A DNA stretch of 64,000 bases, from contig CAZOZI010000002.1 in NCBI GenBank assembly GCA_964584265.1, positions 66,340 through 130,339 on the forward strand, written 5' to 3'. Below, piece after piece: positions 54,468 through 62,773 of this stretch; within the stretch, counting starts at the first letter, position 1, and each line of letters begins with the position of its first letter. Both the position numbers and the translations under genes were made by a program. A model generated the notes under the pieces. That model saw only the letters and a program-made list of their open reading frames with translations. It had not been told where the DNA came from and did no database searches. This DNA comes from an uncultured Candidatus Saccharibacteria bacterium. GTDB taxonomy: Bacteria > Patescibacteriota > Saccharimonadia > Saccharimonadales > CAYVSP01.

Positions 54468-57341
54468 TTAGGGTTTGCCGGCGGTTTGCTTGCTGTTTCT
54501 GGCAGCAACAGTCAGAGCCCCAACCATTCCTAGAATGGTTAAGCCGGCCAGCATTTCCAGAAGTGCAGTCTGTCCGGTATTAACAAGAGGTGGAGTTGTT
54601 GCGGCCAAAACTTGTGGAACAGTCAGACTGTGTTGATCCTGATCGCATACTACTGTTTGGTTGTTATTAGTAAGAGAATTGATAAGACTACTAATATCTA
54701 ATTCGTTGTCTTCGATCTGTCGGATTGTGAGTGTACCACAGGCTGTGACAGTGTTGTTTACACCAGTAGTCTGATTAGCTGGAATAGTATATTGTGCGGT
54801 GTAAATCCATGTCTCGTCAGTTTCTAGGATGTCATTATTGTTATCATCGCCTGATTGATAGGTACCAGCACCAGCAATGTTATCGTTAACGGTAACTCCG
54901 CTAAGCGGGGTGTTACCAGTATTGGTTACGGTAAAGGTGTAAGTAATAGTACTGCCAGCTACCGCGGACGACGGACCCGATTTCACCACATGGATAGATG
55001 GGTTTAGTACAACAAGTGTGTGTTCATCGGTGTCGGTAACTGTCTCCTGCAACGTATCAGTTCCACTGGCGGTTACATGGTTTGTAACGTCAGCTGTCTG
55101 CGAGGTAGGTATTGTGTAGGTAGCGGTGCAGGTAGTCGATTCGCTAACAGCTAAAACATTCGCCAAGCAGGTTTCGCCAGTCGCAATATCGTCGTCTATG
55201 CCAACATTTGTGAGCTCCACATCACCCGTATTGGTTACCAAGAAATCATATGTAACAGTGCTACCTGCCAATGCAGTAGCAGGACCCGATTTGATAACTT
55301 GAATTGAGGGGTGCAAGACATCAAGCGTATGGTCATCGGTATCACATACTTTTGTATCAATGTAGTGTCCGCAAGCTGTAACGGTGTTGACAACATCATC
55401 GGTTTGGTTAGCTGGAATGACAAAATCTTTTGTATATATCCACGTTTCAGTGGTCTGTAAAATACCGTCGTGATTAGTGTCGCCAGACTGGTAATTACCA
55501 TCGCCAGCAACATTATCTTTAACGGTCAATGCGCTAAGTGCCGTGTCGCCTGTGTTGGTTACTGTAAAGTTATAAGTTACAGTATCGCCTTCATGAGCCT
55601 GGGTAGCTCCACTCTTAACAACATGAATGCTTGGATGGGCAATATCGTCATTGGTAACTATGCAGGTCTTAGTTTCACCAATAGCAATGGTGCCGCTACA
55701 ATCGGCGCCAAGGTTTTTAGTGTAGCCAGCATCAGGTAGTTCATCAACTGAGTAGTTGCCTTCATTCAAATTAATGGTGGTGCCTGCTTCATCGCCGGCA
55801 AAATTAGGAACAACAACTGAGTTACCACTGACTGTCATGGTAAAGTCATCAGCGCTTTCGGTACCGCTGTTATTGTTTATAACGTGCTTCTTAACAATCA
55901 GTTTTGGCTGAATAGCGGTATTAGTAAGAGTACAGCTCTTGGTTGTGCCAATATCGAGCATAATACTTATAACCGAGTTGGACACATTACAATCACCGCT
56001 AACGTCGCTCAACATATAACCTGTTTGTTGTGTTTCGCTAACAGTATGGTTACCAGCGTTAAATTGTGTGTTGGTTGCGCCATTAGTAACTTGGGTACTA
56101 TCAACAAATAGCGGGAATAAATTAGCGTCTTTTGGCGTACCATATGGATTGCTCACCAGTTTGTTGACGGTAATCTTAGGAGCTATATCATCGTTTGTAA
56201 TGGTGCAGACTGCTTGTTGCCCAGCAGCCAGTGTTATGCTGCCGTCCTTGGCACAGTCTCCACCCCAGTCACTGGCGCTGTAAGAAGGAAGCGTAGTTTC
56301 ACTAGCAGTGTGTGCGCCAGCAGTAACTGGAACGACTGTAGACCACGCCACGTTATTACCATCTATCTTAGCTTGGAAGTCGTTAGCGGTTTTATTACCG
56401 CCATTATTATTAGTTACTGTCTTAACAAGTTTAAGGGTCGGTGCAATATCATTATTTGTAATTGTACAAATCTTAGTTTCACCAGCTGCAATTGTTCCCG
56501 AACAACCTGCACTCAACGACTTGGCGTACCCCGCATCGGCAGTTTCATCAACGCTGTAAGATCCGGTGCCAACTTGTACGGTTGTACCTGACTCACTACC
56601 CGCAAAAGAGCTTTGTGACGGACTGTTGGCTGTTACATTCATAGTAAAGTCACCGGCACTTTTTTGGCCGCCACTATCGTTAATAACATGTTTAACCACT
56701 ACCAAGTTTTGGATGTTGGCTGAGAAACATCCGTTACCAAGCGGAGTCTTGCCATTTTTTTCTACCGAATTATCGTCATTATGGTTTGCTCCACCAGCGA
56801 CTAAAAAGCCGGCATCAGGCCCATTAGCCAGGCTACCATGAATATCGTAAGTCACGACACAAGCATCAAAAGTTGTAGTGCCTGCGGGGTAAGTATGCGA
56901 GATTGGACCCCAATTACCAGAATTATAGTCCACGTTTGGGTCATAGACACCGCAGTAAGGTGGGCTAGCAGCATAATGAACGGCATTGTCTGATGGAGTC
57001 CCGACGTGCGCAACAATAGGATTATTATTTGCATCTTTGCCGGTAATCAAATTTCCGGGTGCAGAAGCATCATGCCAATCAACCGCCCAGCCAACGCCGA
57101 AACGATCAAGGTTACAGTTTGAGTGGTGAGTAGTCCATTGCCACTGTCCTTGGACTGTTAGTGTGATTGAGCCATCGCCATTGACAACATAGTTGCCGGT
57201 AGTTGCAGGCGGTATTGGGTCGGCTGCGTCAGCAAAGACTCGTGCTGCAGGAGCTACAAGAGCTGCCAAGAAAAGAAAGGCCATAAATAGAGCCAAAGAA
57301 GATTTGATAAAACCACCCAGTTTGCTGCGTAATGAAGCCAT
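54468..57341 (-). CDS. Large sortase-anchored surface protein with repeated prealbumin/DUF11-type Ig-like domains (LVNTG sorting signal)
   Basis: About 957 aa. I prefer ATG at 57341, preceded by AGGTGA. It has a signal peptide and repeated modules (VVKHVINDSGG..SAGDF; HPSI.VVKSG...TVTY.F.VTNTG). The C-terminus is LVNTG, a TM helix, then a basic tail. Confidence 0.8.
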   Translation of the reverse strand: MASLRSKLGGFIKSSLALFMAFLFLAALVAPAARVFADAADPIPPATTGNYVVNGDGSITLTVQGQWQWTTHHSNCNLDRFGVGWAVDWHDASAPGNLITGKDANNNPIVAHVGTPSDNAVHYAASPPYCGVYDPNVDYNSGNWGPISHTYPAGTTTFDACVVTYDIHGSLANGPDAGFLVAGGANHNDDNSVEKNGKTPLGNGCFSANIQNLVVVKHVINDSGGQKSAGDFTMNVTANSPSQSSFAGSESGTTVQVGTGSYSVDETADAGYAKSLSAGCSGTIAAGETKICTITNNDIAPTLKLVKTVTNNNGGNKTANDFQAKIDGNNVAWSTVVPVTAGAHTASETTLPSYSASDWGGDCAKDGSITLAAGQQAVCTITNDDIAPKITVNKLVSNPYGTPKDANLFPLFVDSTQVTNGATNTQFNAGNHTVSETQQTGYMLSDVSGDCNVSNSVISIMLDIGTTKSCTLTNTAIQPKLIVKKHVINNNSGTESADDFTMTVSGNSVVVPNFAGDEAGTTINLNEGNYSVDELPDAGYTKNLGADCSGTIAIGETKTCIVTNDDIAHPSIHVVKSGATQAHEGDTVTYNFTVTNTGDTALSALTVKDNVAGDGNYQSGDTNHDGILQTTETWIYTKDFVIPANQTDDVVNTVTACGHYIDTKVCDTDDHTLDVLHPSIQVIKSGPATALAGSTVTYDFLVTNTGDVELTNVGIDDDIATGETCLANVLAVSESTTCTATYTIPTSQTADVTNHVTASGTDTLQETVTDTDEHTLVVLNPSIHVVKSGPSSAVAGSTITYTFTVTNTGNTPLSGVTVNDNIAGAGTYQSGDDNNNDILETDETWIYTAQYTIPANQTTGVNNTVTACGTLTIRQIEDNELDISSLINSLTNNNQTVVCDQDQHSLTVPQVLAATTPPLVNTGQTALLEMLAGLTILGMVGALTVAARNSKQTAGKP

Positions 57342-57447
57342 AATCACCTGCCCTTTATATTAGCGTTGTTGCTTTGGGAGGTTATTTGTTTGGTTTGCAT
57401 TATAAACTAACTTAAACAGTAACGCAACTGGTTATAATTAAGCCAGT

Positions 57448-58065
57448 ATGAAACAAACTACTGACCAACCGCTTCATAGCCTTAACAATGTATTGACAGT
57501 TATTGCCCTAACTTTGGGCATATACATTATTGCAGTGCCCTTTTTGCCAGAGTTTAGATGGCGGGTAAAACAAGTGTTTAACAAGCCGGAAGCCTCCAAA
57601 GTGCAAATTACCAGCAACGACAGTAGTGCGAGCAACAATTCATCAACCCAGCCGATATCAAGCGATACATGGTTGGATGTTCCGCGACTCAGTCTTCATA
57701 CGCCAATTTATACTAGCCCGTCAATGTCAGAGCTCAATAAAGGTGTTTGGCATATCCCCGGTACCAGCACCCCCGATAAAGATGGTAATACTGTAGTGGC
57801 GGGACACCGTTTTACCTACACTAATCCGCAAGGTGTCTTTTATTTTCTTGATAAGCTACAGATAAATGACCGCGTAACCGTTGATTGGCGAGGCACAGAA
57901 TATACATATAAAGTGACCAAAGTTTTTGTTGTTCCCCCCTCGGATACATCAGCAAGCGCACCTACCAAAGTTAATACATTCACCATGTATACCTGCACTC
58001 CGCTTTTAACTGCCAAGAACCGGTTAATTGTGCAAGCTGAACTAGTTTCTAAGAGGACATCATGA
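57448..58065 (+). CDS. Sortase (cysteine transpeptidase)
   Basis: 205 aa with an N-terminal TM. Catalytic His is in VVAGHR, Cys in TMYTCTP, and Arg in KNRLIV. Confidence 0.85.
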   Translation: MKQTTDQPLHSLNNVLTVIALTLGIYIIAVPFLPEFRWRVKQVFNKPEASKVQITSNDSSASNNSSTQPISSDTWLDVPRLSLHTPIYTSPSMSELNKGVWHIPGTSTPDKDGNTVVAGHRFTYTNPQGVFYFLDKLQINDRVTVDWRGTEYTYKVTKVFVVPPSDTSASAPTKVNTFTMYTCTPLLTAKNRLIVQAELVSKRTS

Positions 58066-58160
58066 AAGAATGGCACCGCACCGTCATATTAGTTACGATA
58101 ATTCTACTTGGAATTGCGGTTATTGTCTTTTTGCAGCACCTTCATACAGCAAATTTTTGA
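58062..58160 (+). CDS. Possible 32-aa single-TM peptide translationally coupled to the sortase gene
   Basis: ATGA overlap with the sortase stop. The peptide is MKEWHRTVILVTIILLGIAVIVFLQHLHTANF. It is below the ORF-track cutoff. Confidence 0.35.
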   Translation: MKEWHRTVILVTIILLGIAVIVFLQHLHTANF

Positions 58161-58243
58161 AACATTATCAAAAATCTCTTAGAAGAACAGCAAGCTGAAC
58201 GCAGTTAGAGCCCTTCTTTTTGCTGCGTGATACTATTACAGCG

Positions 58244-58801
58244 ATGAAAGTTCTGATATTTGAGGGTATAGCTACAAGCGGCAAGTCTACCGTCATTTCC
58301 GGTTTGCAAAAAGCTTTACCTAACCGAGTAGTTGTAGTTGCTGGGGAGACCGAAACACATATACCAATTATGCAAGAAACTAATGGCAAGCATATTGAGT
58401 TCTTCAAAAAACTTATCCAAAAGTATCTTGCAAAGAGGCCCGACATATTAATTTTTGATAGGCTCTACTTAACTCAAGCATTTCGCGCAAAATGTAGCAT
58501 TGATAATTATGCAGAAATTGAAAAACTACTCTCCAAATATTCTTCATTGACTATTTTTCTCAAGGTAGATGATGATGTGATTGAGGATAGAATAACTAAG
58601 GCATCTGGGCACAGAGGATTGGATTATTTCAGATCGCGTGGCGAGACATTAGAAGAAAGAAGGCAATACTATGTTGACCAACAGAATTACCAACTTGAAT
58701 TATTAAAACACTCAACTCTTCCCTATAGGATCTTTAATACCACTACGCATAATTACGAAAAGATAACTCAAGAAATCGCTGCCTCAATCGATAAAGAATG
58801 A
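58244..58801 (+). CDS. P-loop NTPase / small-molecule kinase-like protein (dNK/TMPK-like fold)
   Basis: I prefer ATG at 58244 (MKVLIFEGIATSGKST...). The track start at 58220 is a TTG. Confidence 0.5.
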   Translation: MKVLIFEGIATSGKSTVISGLQKALPNRVVVVAGETETHIPIMQETNGKHIEFFKKLIQKYLAKRPDILIFDRLYLTQAFRAKCSIDNYAEIEKLLSKYSSLTIFLKVDDDVIEDRITKASGHRGLDYFRSRGETLEERRQYYVDQQNYQLELLKHSTLPYRIFNTTTHNYEKITQEIAASIDKE

Positions 58802-58858
58802 CCTAAAATTTGGCCCCAATACTAATGCTTTGGTACAGCATGATATACGAAGTTAGAA

Positions 58859-59209
58859 CTACTCTGATTGCTCAGCACTAGGTTCAGTAGTAGGTATACT
58901 TCCTATCTCTGCCATATAAGTTCTAAGCCTATCATCAATATGGTACGTACCTGTACCAATATCACTATCTGGTACAAAACCATCTTGCATAAATTCTGAG
59001 TGGCGCTGATGAAATGTGTGAATTACGGCTTCAATCGCTTTAGCAGTATCTTCATCGTGTGCCCACTCTAATAAATCTTGTCTGAATCCAAAGAGAGCCA
59101 TTATGAATCTAGCTTGATATTCTGGATTTCCACTATAGATTCGTCTAAAACCGCGGGCTTCTGGCCATTGGGCAGGGTCAACAGGTACTGGTGCTTTGTC
59201 ATAATTCAT
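58859..59209 (-). CDS. Hypothetical protein
   Basis: 116-aa ORF with an ATG start and no motif. Confidence 0.45.
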   Translation of the reverse strand: MNYDKAPVPVDPAQWPEARGFRRIYSGNPEYQARFIMALFGFRQDLLEWAHDEDTAKAIEAVIHTFHQRHSEFMQDGFVPDSDIGTGTYHIDDRLRTYMAEIGSIPTTEPSAEQSE

Positions 59210-59256
59210 AACTTTAAACTAGGCTTAGTGGTCGTCATAAGCAAGCATAAGCGAAA

Positions 59257-59275
59257 TGGTACCCGCGGCAGGATT
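59257..59275 (-). repeat. 19-nt exact duplicate of the 3' end of tRNA-Arg (att-like direct repeat)
   Basis: TGGTACCCGCGGCAGGATT occurs at 59257-59275 and again at 59438-59456, inside tRNA-Arg. Confidence 0.7.
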
Positions 59276-59390
59276 ATCGCGAAGCTCTTCTGCTCAAACA
59301 TGCTCGATGCAAGCATCTGCGCATGTTTTCGCTGCACGAACCAGCGACTATCGCCAGCAGGCTGTCGAGTCGCAGAACCAAATCTGTCAA

Positions 59391-59435
59391 CAAATAAAAA
59401 CGGCACCACGACGACCTAAAGGTCATCATGTTGCC
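59391..59435 (-). terminator. Intrinsic terminator downstream of tRNA-Arg
   Basis: A 15-bp minus-strand stem GGCAACATGATGACC/GGTCGTCGTGGTGCC (one mismatch) followed by GTTTTTATTTG. Confidence 0.6.
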
Positions 59436-59437
59436 GC

Positions 59438-59514
59438 TGGTACCCGCGGCAGGATTTGAACCTGCGACCCCTTGGTTCGAAGCCAAGTACTCTAATCCAC
59501 TGAGCTACGCGGGC
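59438..59514 (-). tRNA. tRNA-Arg (anticodon UCG), CCA encoded
   Basis: Hand-folded from GCCCGCGTAGCTCAGTGGATTAGAGTACTTGGCTTCGAACCAAGGGGTCGCAGGTTCAAATCCTGCCGCGGGTACCA. Confidence 0.9.
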
Positions 59515-59539
59515 ATGCTAACAGATTAACATGAATAAT

Positions 59540-59614
59540 GCCCCTCGCAGGAATTGAAACTGCAAACCTCTGGCACTGGAACCCAACGCTCACCCAAGCT
59601 GAGCTACAGGCGCC
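59540..59614 (-). pseudogene. Degenerate tRNA-like sequence (Trp-CCA-like anticodon arm), probably non-functional
   Basis: The sequence is GGCGCCTGTAGCTCAGCTTGGGTGAGCGTTGGGTTCCAGTGCCAGAGGTTTGCAGTTTCAATTCCTGCGAGGGGC. The D arm and T loop are recognisable. However, the acceptor stem pairs at only 3-5 of 7 positions, G53-C61 is broken, and no CCA is encoded. Confidence 0.35.
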
Positions 59615-59638
59615 TACTAAAAACGACGGTAGATTATA

Positions 59639-60211
59639 TCAGTTTGTATCTGTTTTGTCCGACTTTGTATTGGGAGAAGGCAATGCTTTTTGCTGGGATG
59701 TATCTTTTTGATTTAAGGTAGCTTGTAATACCTTAAGCACACTTTGAGCGTGTTCTTTGCTCATACCAATTCTGGCAACAGTAAGAGGCTGTTTAGAGCC
59801 AGAGGACTGCATAAAATTCATAACCACACCGTAGTTATTAACCATTACGTGTAATTTATCGGTATAAGTAATACGTGGGTCCAAGGGCATAATTGCCACC
59901 ATAGGCTGCACTTGGCCATCGTCGTCATTCATCATGTGCGAGGCAGGTATTGATTGCTGGTTATACCCAGCCAATTCCCACAATTTGGTGGCGTGATCTT
60001 CTTTGATAGCAAAGTGACTAATTAGTAGTAGTAGTACGTCTTCGCTAGGGCGACGATTGCCACTTTCAAACTCAGTTAATAAATCAACGTCAATCTCAAC
60101 CGCGCCGGAGACTTCAGCCAGACTCTCGCGTCGTTTTTCACGTGTCTGTTTTAGGGCTAGTCCAAGGTATTGAAAAGGACGATCTGTTCTCTTCTTCTCG
60201 CTCATGCACAT
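59639..60211 (-). CDS. XRE-family helix-turn-helix protein with a C-terminal extension
   Basis: 190 aa with an N-terminal HTH region (LGLALKQTREKRRESLAEVSGAVEIDVDLLTEFESG). The start may be ATG at 60211 or 60205. Confidence 0.65.
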   Translation of the reverse strand: MCMSEKKRTDRPFQYLGLALKQTREKRRESLAEVSGAVEIDVDLLTEFESGNRRPSEDVLLLLISHFAIKEDHATKLWELAGYNQQSIPASHMMNDDDGQVQPMVAIMPLDPRITYTDKLHVMVNNYGVVMNFMQSSGSKQPLTVARIGMSKEHAQSVLKVLQATLNQKDTSQQKALPSPNTKSDKTDTN

Positions 60212-60272
60212 AGTATGGTACGCCTTTTATATGTTGGCCGCAACCCCCGAATAACCGTTATAATGGTCAGTA

Positions 60273-61304
60273 ATGTATGTGCTGCAAAACGTTCCTTTAA
60301 GTTCCTACTCGACAATGCGGCTGGGCGGTCCAGCAGCATATTTAACAGATATTAACAGCCGGCAAGAAATTACCGAGGCATTAGCTTGGGCTGAGAGTCG
60401 ACAGTTGCCAACCATAATGATTGGTAGCGGTAGTAACATTGTCTGGACTGATGCCGGATTTCCAGGACTAGTCATGGTTAATAAAATCAGCCGGTTCGAA
60501 GACTTTGCCGAAGATGAGCAAAACCACTATATTACTTCGGGTGGCGGCGATAACTGGGATGTACTGGTTGCTAAAACCGTTGGTATGGGGCTTAGCGGCA
60601 TTGAATTTTTATCACTGATTCCGGGTACGGTTGGGGCGACTCCTGTCCAGAACGTCGGTGCTTACGGCCAAGAATTATCAAACGTTTTGGTAAGTGTCGA
60701 AGCGTATGACAAACAAACCAAAAGTTTTGTGACAATTTCCAATAGTGACTGTGCGTTTGCCTACCGTACAAGCCGATTTAAAACTACTGACCATGGACGC
60801 TTTTTTATCATTAGTATTACGCTTCACCTTATGAAAACTAACCCTGCCCCACCCTTTTACGACAGCCTAGAGGCCTATCTGCAAGCTGACGGTATCCGTG
60901 AATACACACCACAAATAATCCGCGACGCCGTTATTGCAATTCGCAACAGTAAACTACCTGATCCGGCTAAAGTGGCAAATAATGGCTCCTTCTTTGCCAA
61001 TCCAATCATTGATGAGGATACGTTTATGCAATTGCAATCGAGCAGTCCAAACATTATGTCGTGGGAGGTGGATGACGGCCGTAGAAAGATCTCGGCGGCG
61101 TGGTTGGTTGAGCAGGCCGGCTTTAAGGACGTGCATGATGCTGAGACTGGAATGGGGACGTGGCCTAAACAAGCTCTTGTGTTAGTTAACGAACATGCTG
61201 AACATACGTCTGACTTATTAAAGTTCAAGCAAAAAATTATAGATGCAGTTCAGACAAAATTTGGCATTACCTTGCAACAAGAGCCGGAGTTGCTTGGAGC
61301 ATAG
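60273..61304 (+). CDS. murB: UDP-N-acetylenolpyruvoylglucosamine reductase
   Basis: 343 aa with an N-terminal FAD-binding pattern (YSTMRLGGPA...GSGSN). Confidence 0.88.
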   Translation: MYVLQNVPLSSYSTMRLGGPAAYLTDINSRQEITEALAWAESRQLPTIMIGSGSNIVWTDAGFPGLVMVNKISRFEDFAEDEQNHYITSGGGDNWDVLVAKTVGMGLSGIEFLSLIPGTVGATPVQNVGAYGQELSNVLVSVEAYDKQTKSFVTISNSDCAFAYRTSRFKTTDHGRFFIISITLHLMKTNPAPPFYDSLEAYLQADGIREYTPQIIRDAVIAIRNSKLPDPAKVANNGSFFANPIIDEDTFMQLQSSSPNIMSWEVDDGRRKISAAWLVEQAGFKDVHDAETGMGTWPKQALVLVNEHAEHTSDLLKFKQKIIDAVQTKFGITLQQEPELLGA

Positions 61305-61335
61305 GATTTAGGGGTATTCTAAAAATACTGGTTGT

Positions 61336-62661
61336 TTAACGCGTTGACTTGTCAAACAGTGGGAATTTTTTAGCTAGTGTTGTTACTTCTTGTCTGATAG
61401 TTAGAAGTATCTCGTCTTGATCAGCTTGTTTTTTAAACTTAGCGATAAAGGCGGGGCGCTCTTCCTTGGCCTTAGGTAATTTGGCTGTTTTAACATGCTC
61501 AACTACCCGCGTGATCCACTCCCCAATTTGCTCCATTTCAGCTTCCTTCATCCCACGCGTTGTTACTAGTGGTGTGCCAAGACGTAATCCTGAGGGATAG
61601 AATGGTGAACAGGGTTCATAAGGGATGGTATTACGATTGGCATACATACCGGCTACGTCCATGGCATAGGCCGCTTGAGTGCCTAGTCCATCACTAAACT
61701 CCGTTAAATCAATGAGCATTAAGTGGTTTTGCGTACCGCCACCGACTAGTTTTAAGCCGTTATCCATGAGTGACTTTGCTAGGGCATCAGCATTTTTCCT
61801 GATCTGCCTAATGTAGCGCTTATACCCCGGGGTGGTGGCCTCGGCAGCTGCTATAGCAATACCTGCTGTTGTGGCATTATGAGGGCCACCTTGCAGGCCT
61901 GGTATAACTGCCGAGTCCATCTTACTGCCGAGCTCCGGATCCCGCTTCAATCCCCTTTCGGTGACCAATATCATAGCCCCACGCGGACCTCGGAAAGTCT
62001 TATGGGTAGTCGTCATAATAACGTCAACATCTGGCACTGGCGAGGAATGCTCGCCTCCCAAGATTAGTCCTGTTATATGTGATACATCTGCAACTAACCA
62101 TGCCCCGACTTCATCGGCAACTTCACGAAATTTTTTAAAGTCCAGCAGAAAAGGGTACGCAGTAATGCCAGCAACAATAACCTTTGGCTTATGTTGCTTA
62201 GCCAGTTGTTTCATCTCGTCAAAGTCAATATGAAGGTCATGCCCAACGCCATACTGCACAGAGTTGAAATATTTACCCGAAAATGTAACTTTAGGATGTC
62301 CGTGGGTTAAGTGCCCGCCCATGGCAAGTTTAAGACCCATTAACGTATCGCCAGGCTCCATAAGCGCAAAATATATAGCGCTGTTAGCTGGCGATCCAGA
62401 ATACGGCTGTACGTTTACGTACGGCACGCCAAATAACTTTTTGACACGATCACGCGCTAAGTCTTCAATCTTATCGATATTCTGATTGCCTTCATAATAG
62501 CGGCGACCCGGATAACCTTCGGAATATTTACTGTTTAGTGCTGTGCCCAGCGCAGCATGAACATCATCAGAGCAGTGGTTCTCTGATGGTATGAGACCGA
62601 TCATTTCAACTTGCCGCTTGGCCTCGGCTTTAATTAGTTTCTCAATAGCTTTATCTTTCAT
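61336..62661 (-). CDS. glyA: Serine hydroxymethyltransferase
   Basis: 441 aa with the PLP-lysine context TTTHKTFRGPRG. Confidence 0.93.
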   Translation of the reverse strand: MKDKAIEKLIKAEAKRQVEMIGLIPSENHCSDDVHAALGTALNSKYSEGYPGRRYYEGNQNIDKIEDLARDRVKKLFGVPYVNVQPYSGSPANSAIYFALMEPGDTLMGLKLAMGGHLTHGHPKVTFSGKYFNSVQYGVGHDLHIDFDEMKQLAKQHKPKVIVAGITAYPFLLDFKKFREVADEVGAWLVADVSHITGLILGGEHSSPVPDVDVIMTTTHKTFRGPRGAMILVTERGLKRDPELGSKMDSAVIPGLQGGPHNATTAGIAIAAAEATTPGYKRYIRQIRKNADALAKSLMDNGLKLVGGGTQNHLMLIDLTEFSDGLGTQAAYAMDVAGMYANRNTIPYEPCSPFYPSGLRLGTPLVTTRGMKEAEMEQIGEWITRVVEHVKTAKLPKAKEERPAFIAKFKKQADQDEILLTIRQEVTTLAKKFPLFDKSTR

Positions 62662-62773
62662 CTTCCAATTCCTCCATTACGCTTATAAATCAATGGGCCA
62701 AATTAAAGCGTAGCTAGATCATGTTTCTATTCTACAGCACAGCTTGCCAGGTTATAAATCTCTTAAATATTTA

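Noticed and set aside
59256-59486. Track ORFs 59206-59409, 59256-59459 and 59274-59486
   Set aside because: They overlap tRNA-Arg, its terminator and the att-like repeat, and have no SD or motif. They are artefacts of a structured non-coding region.
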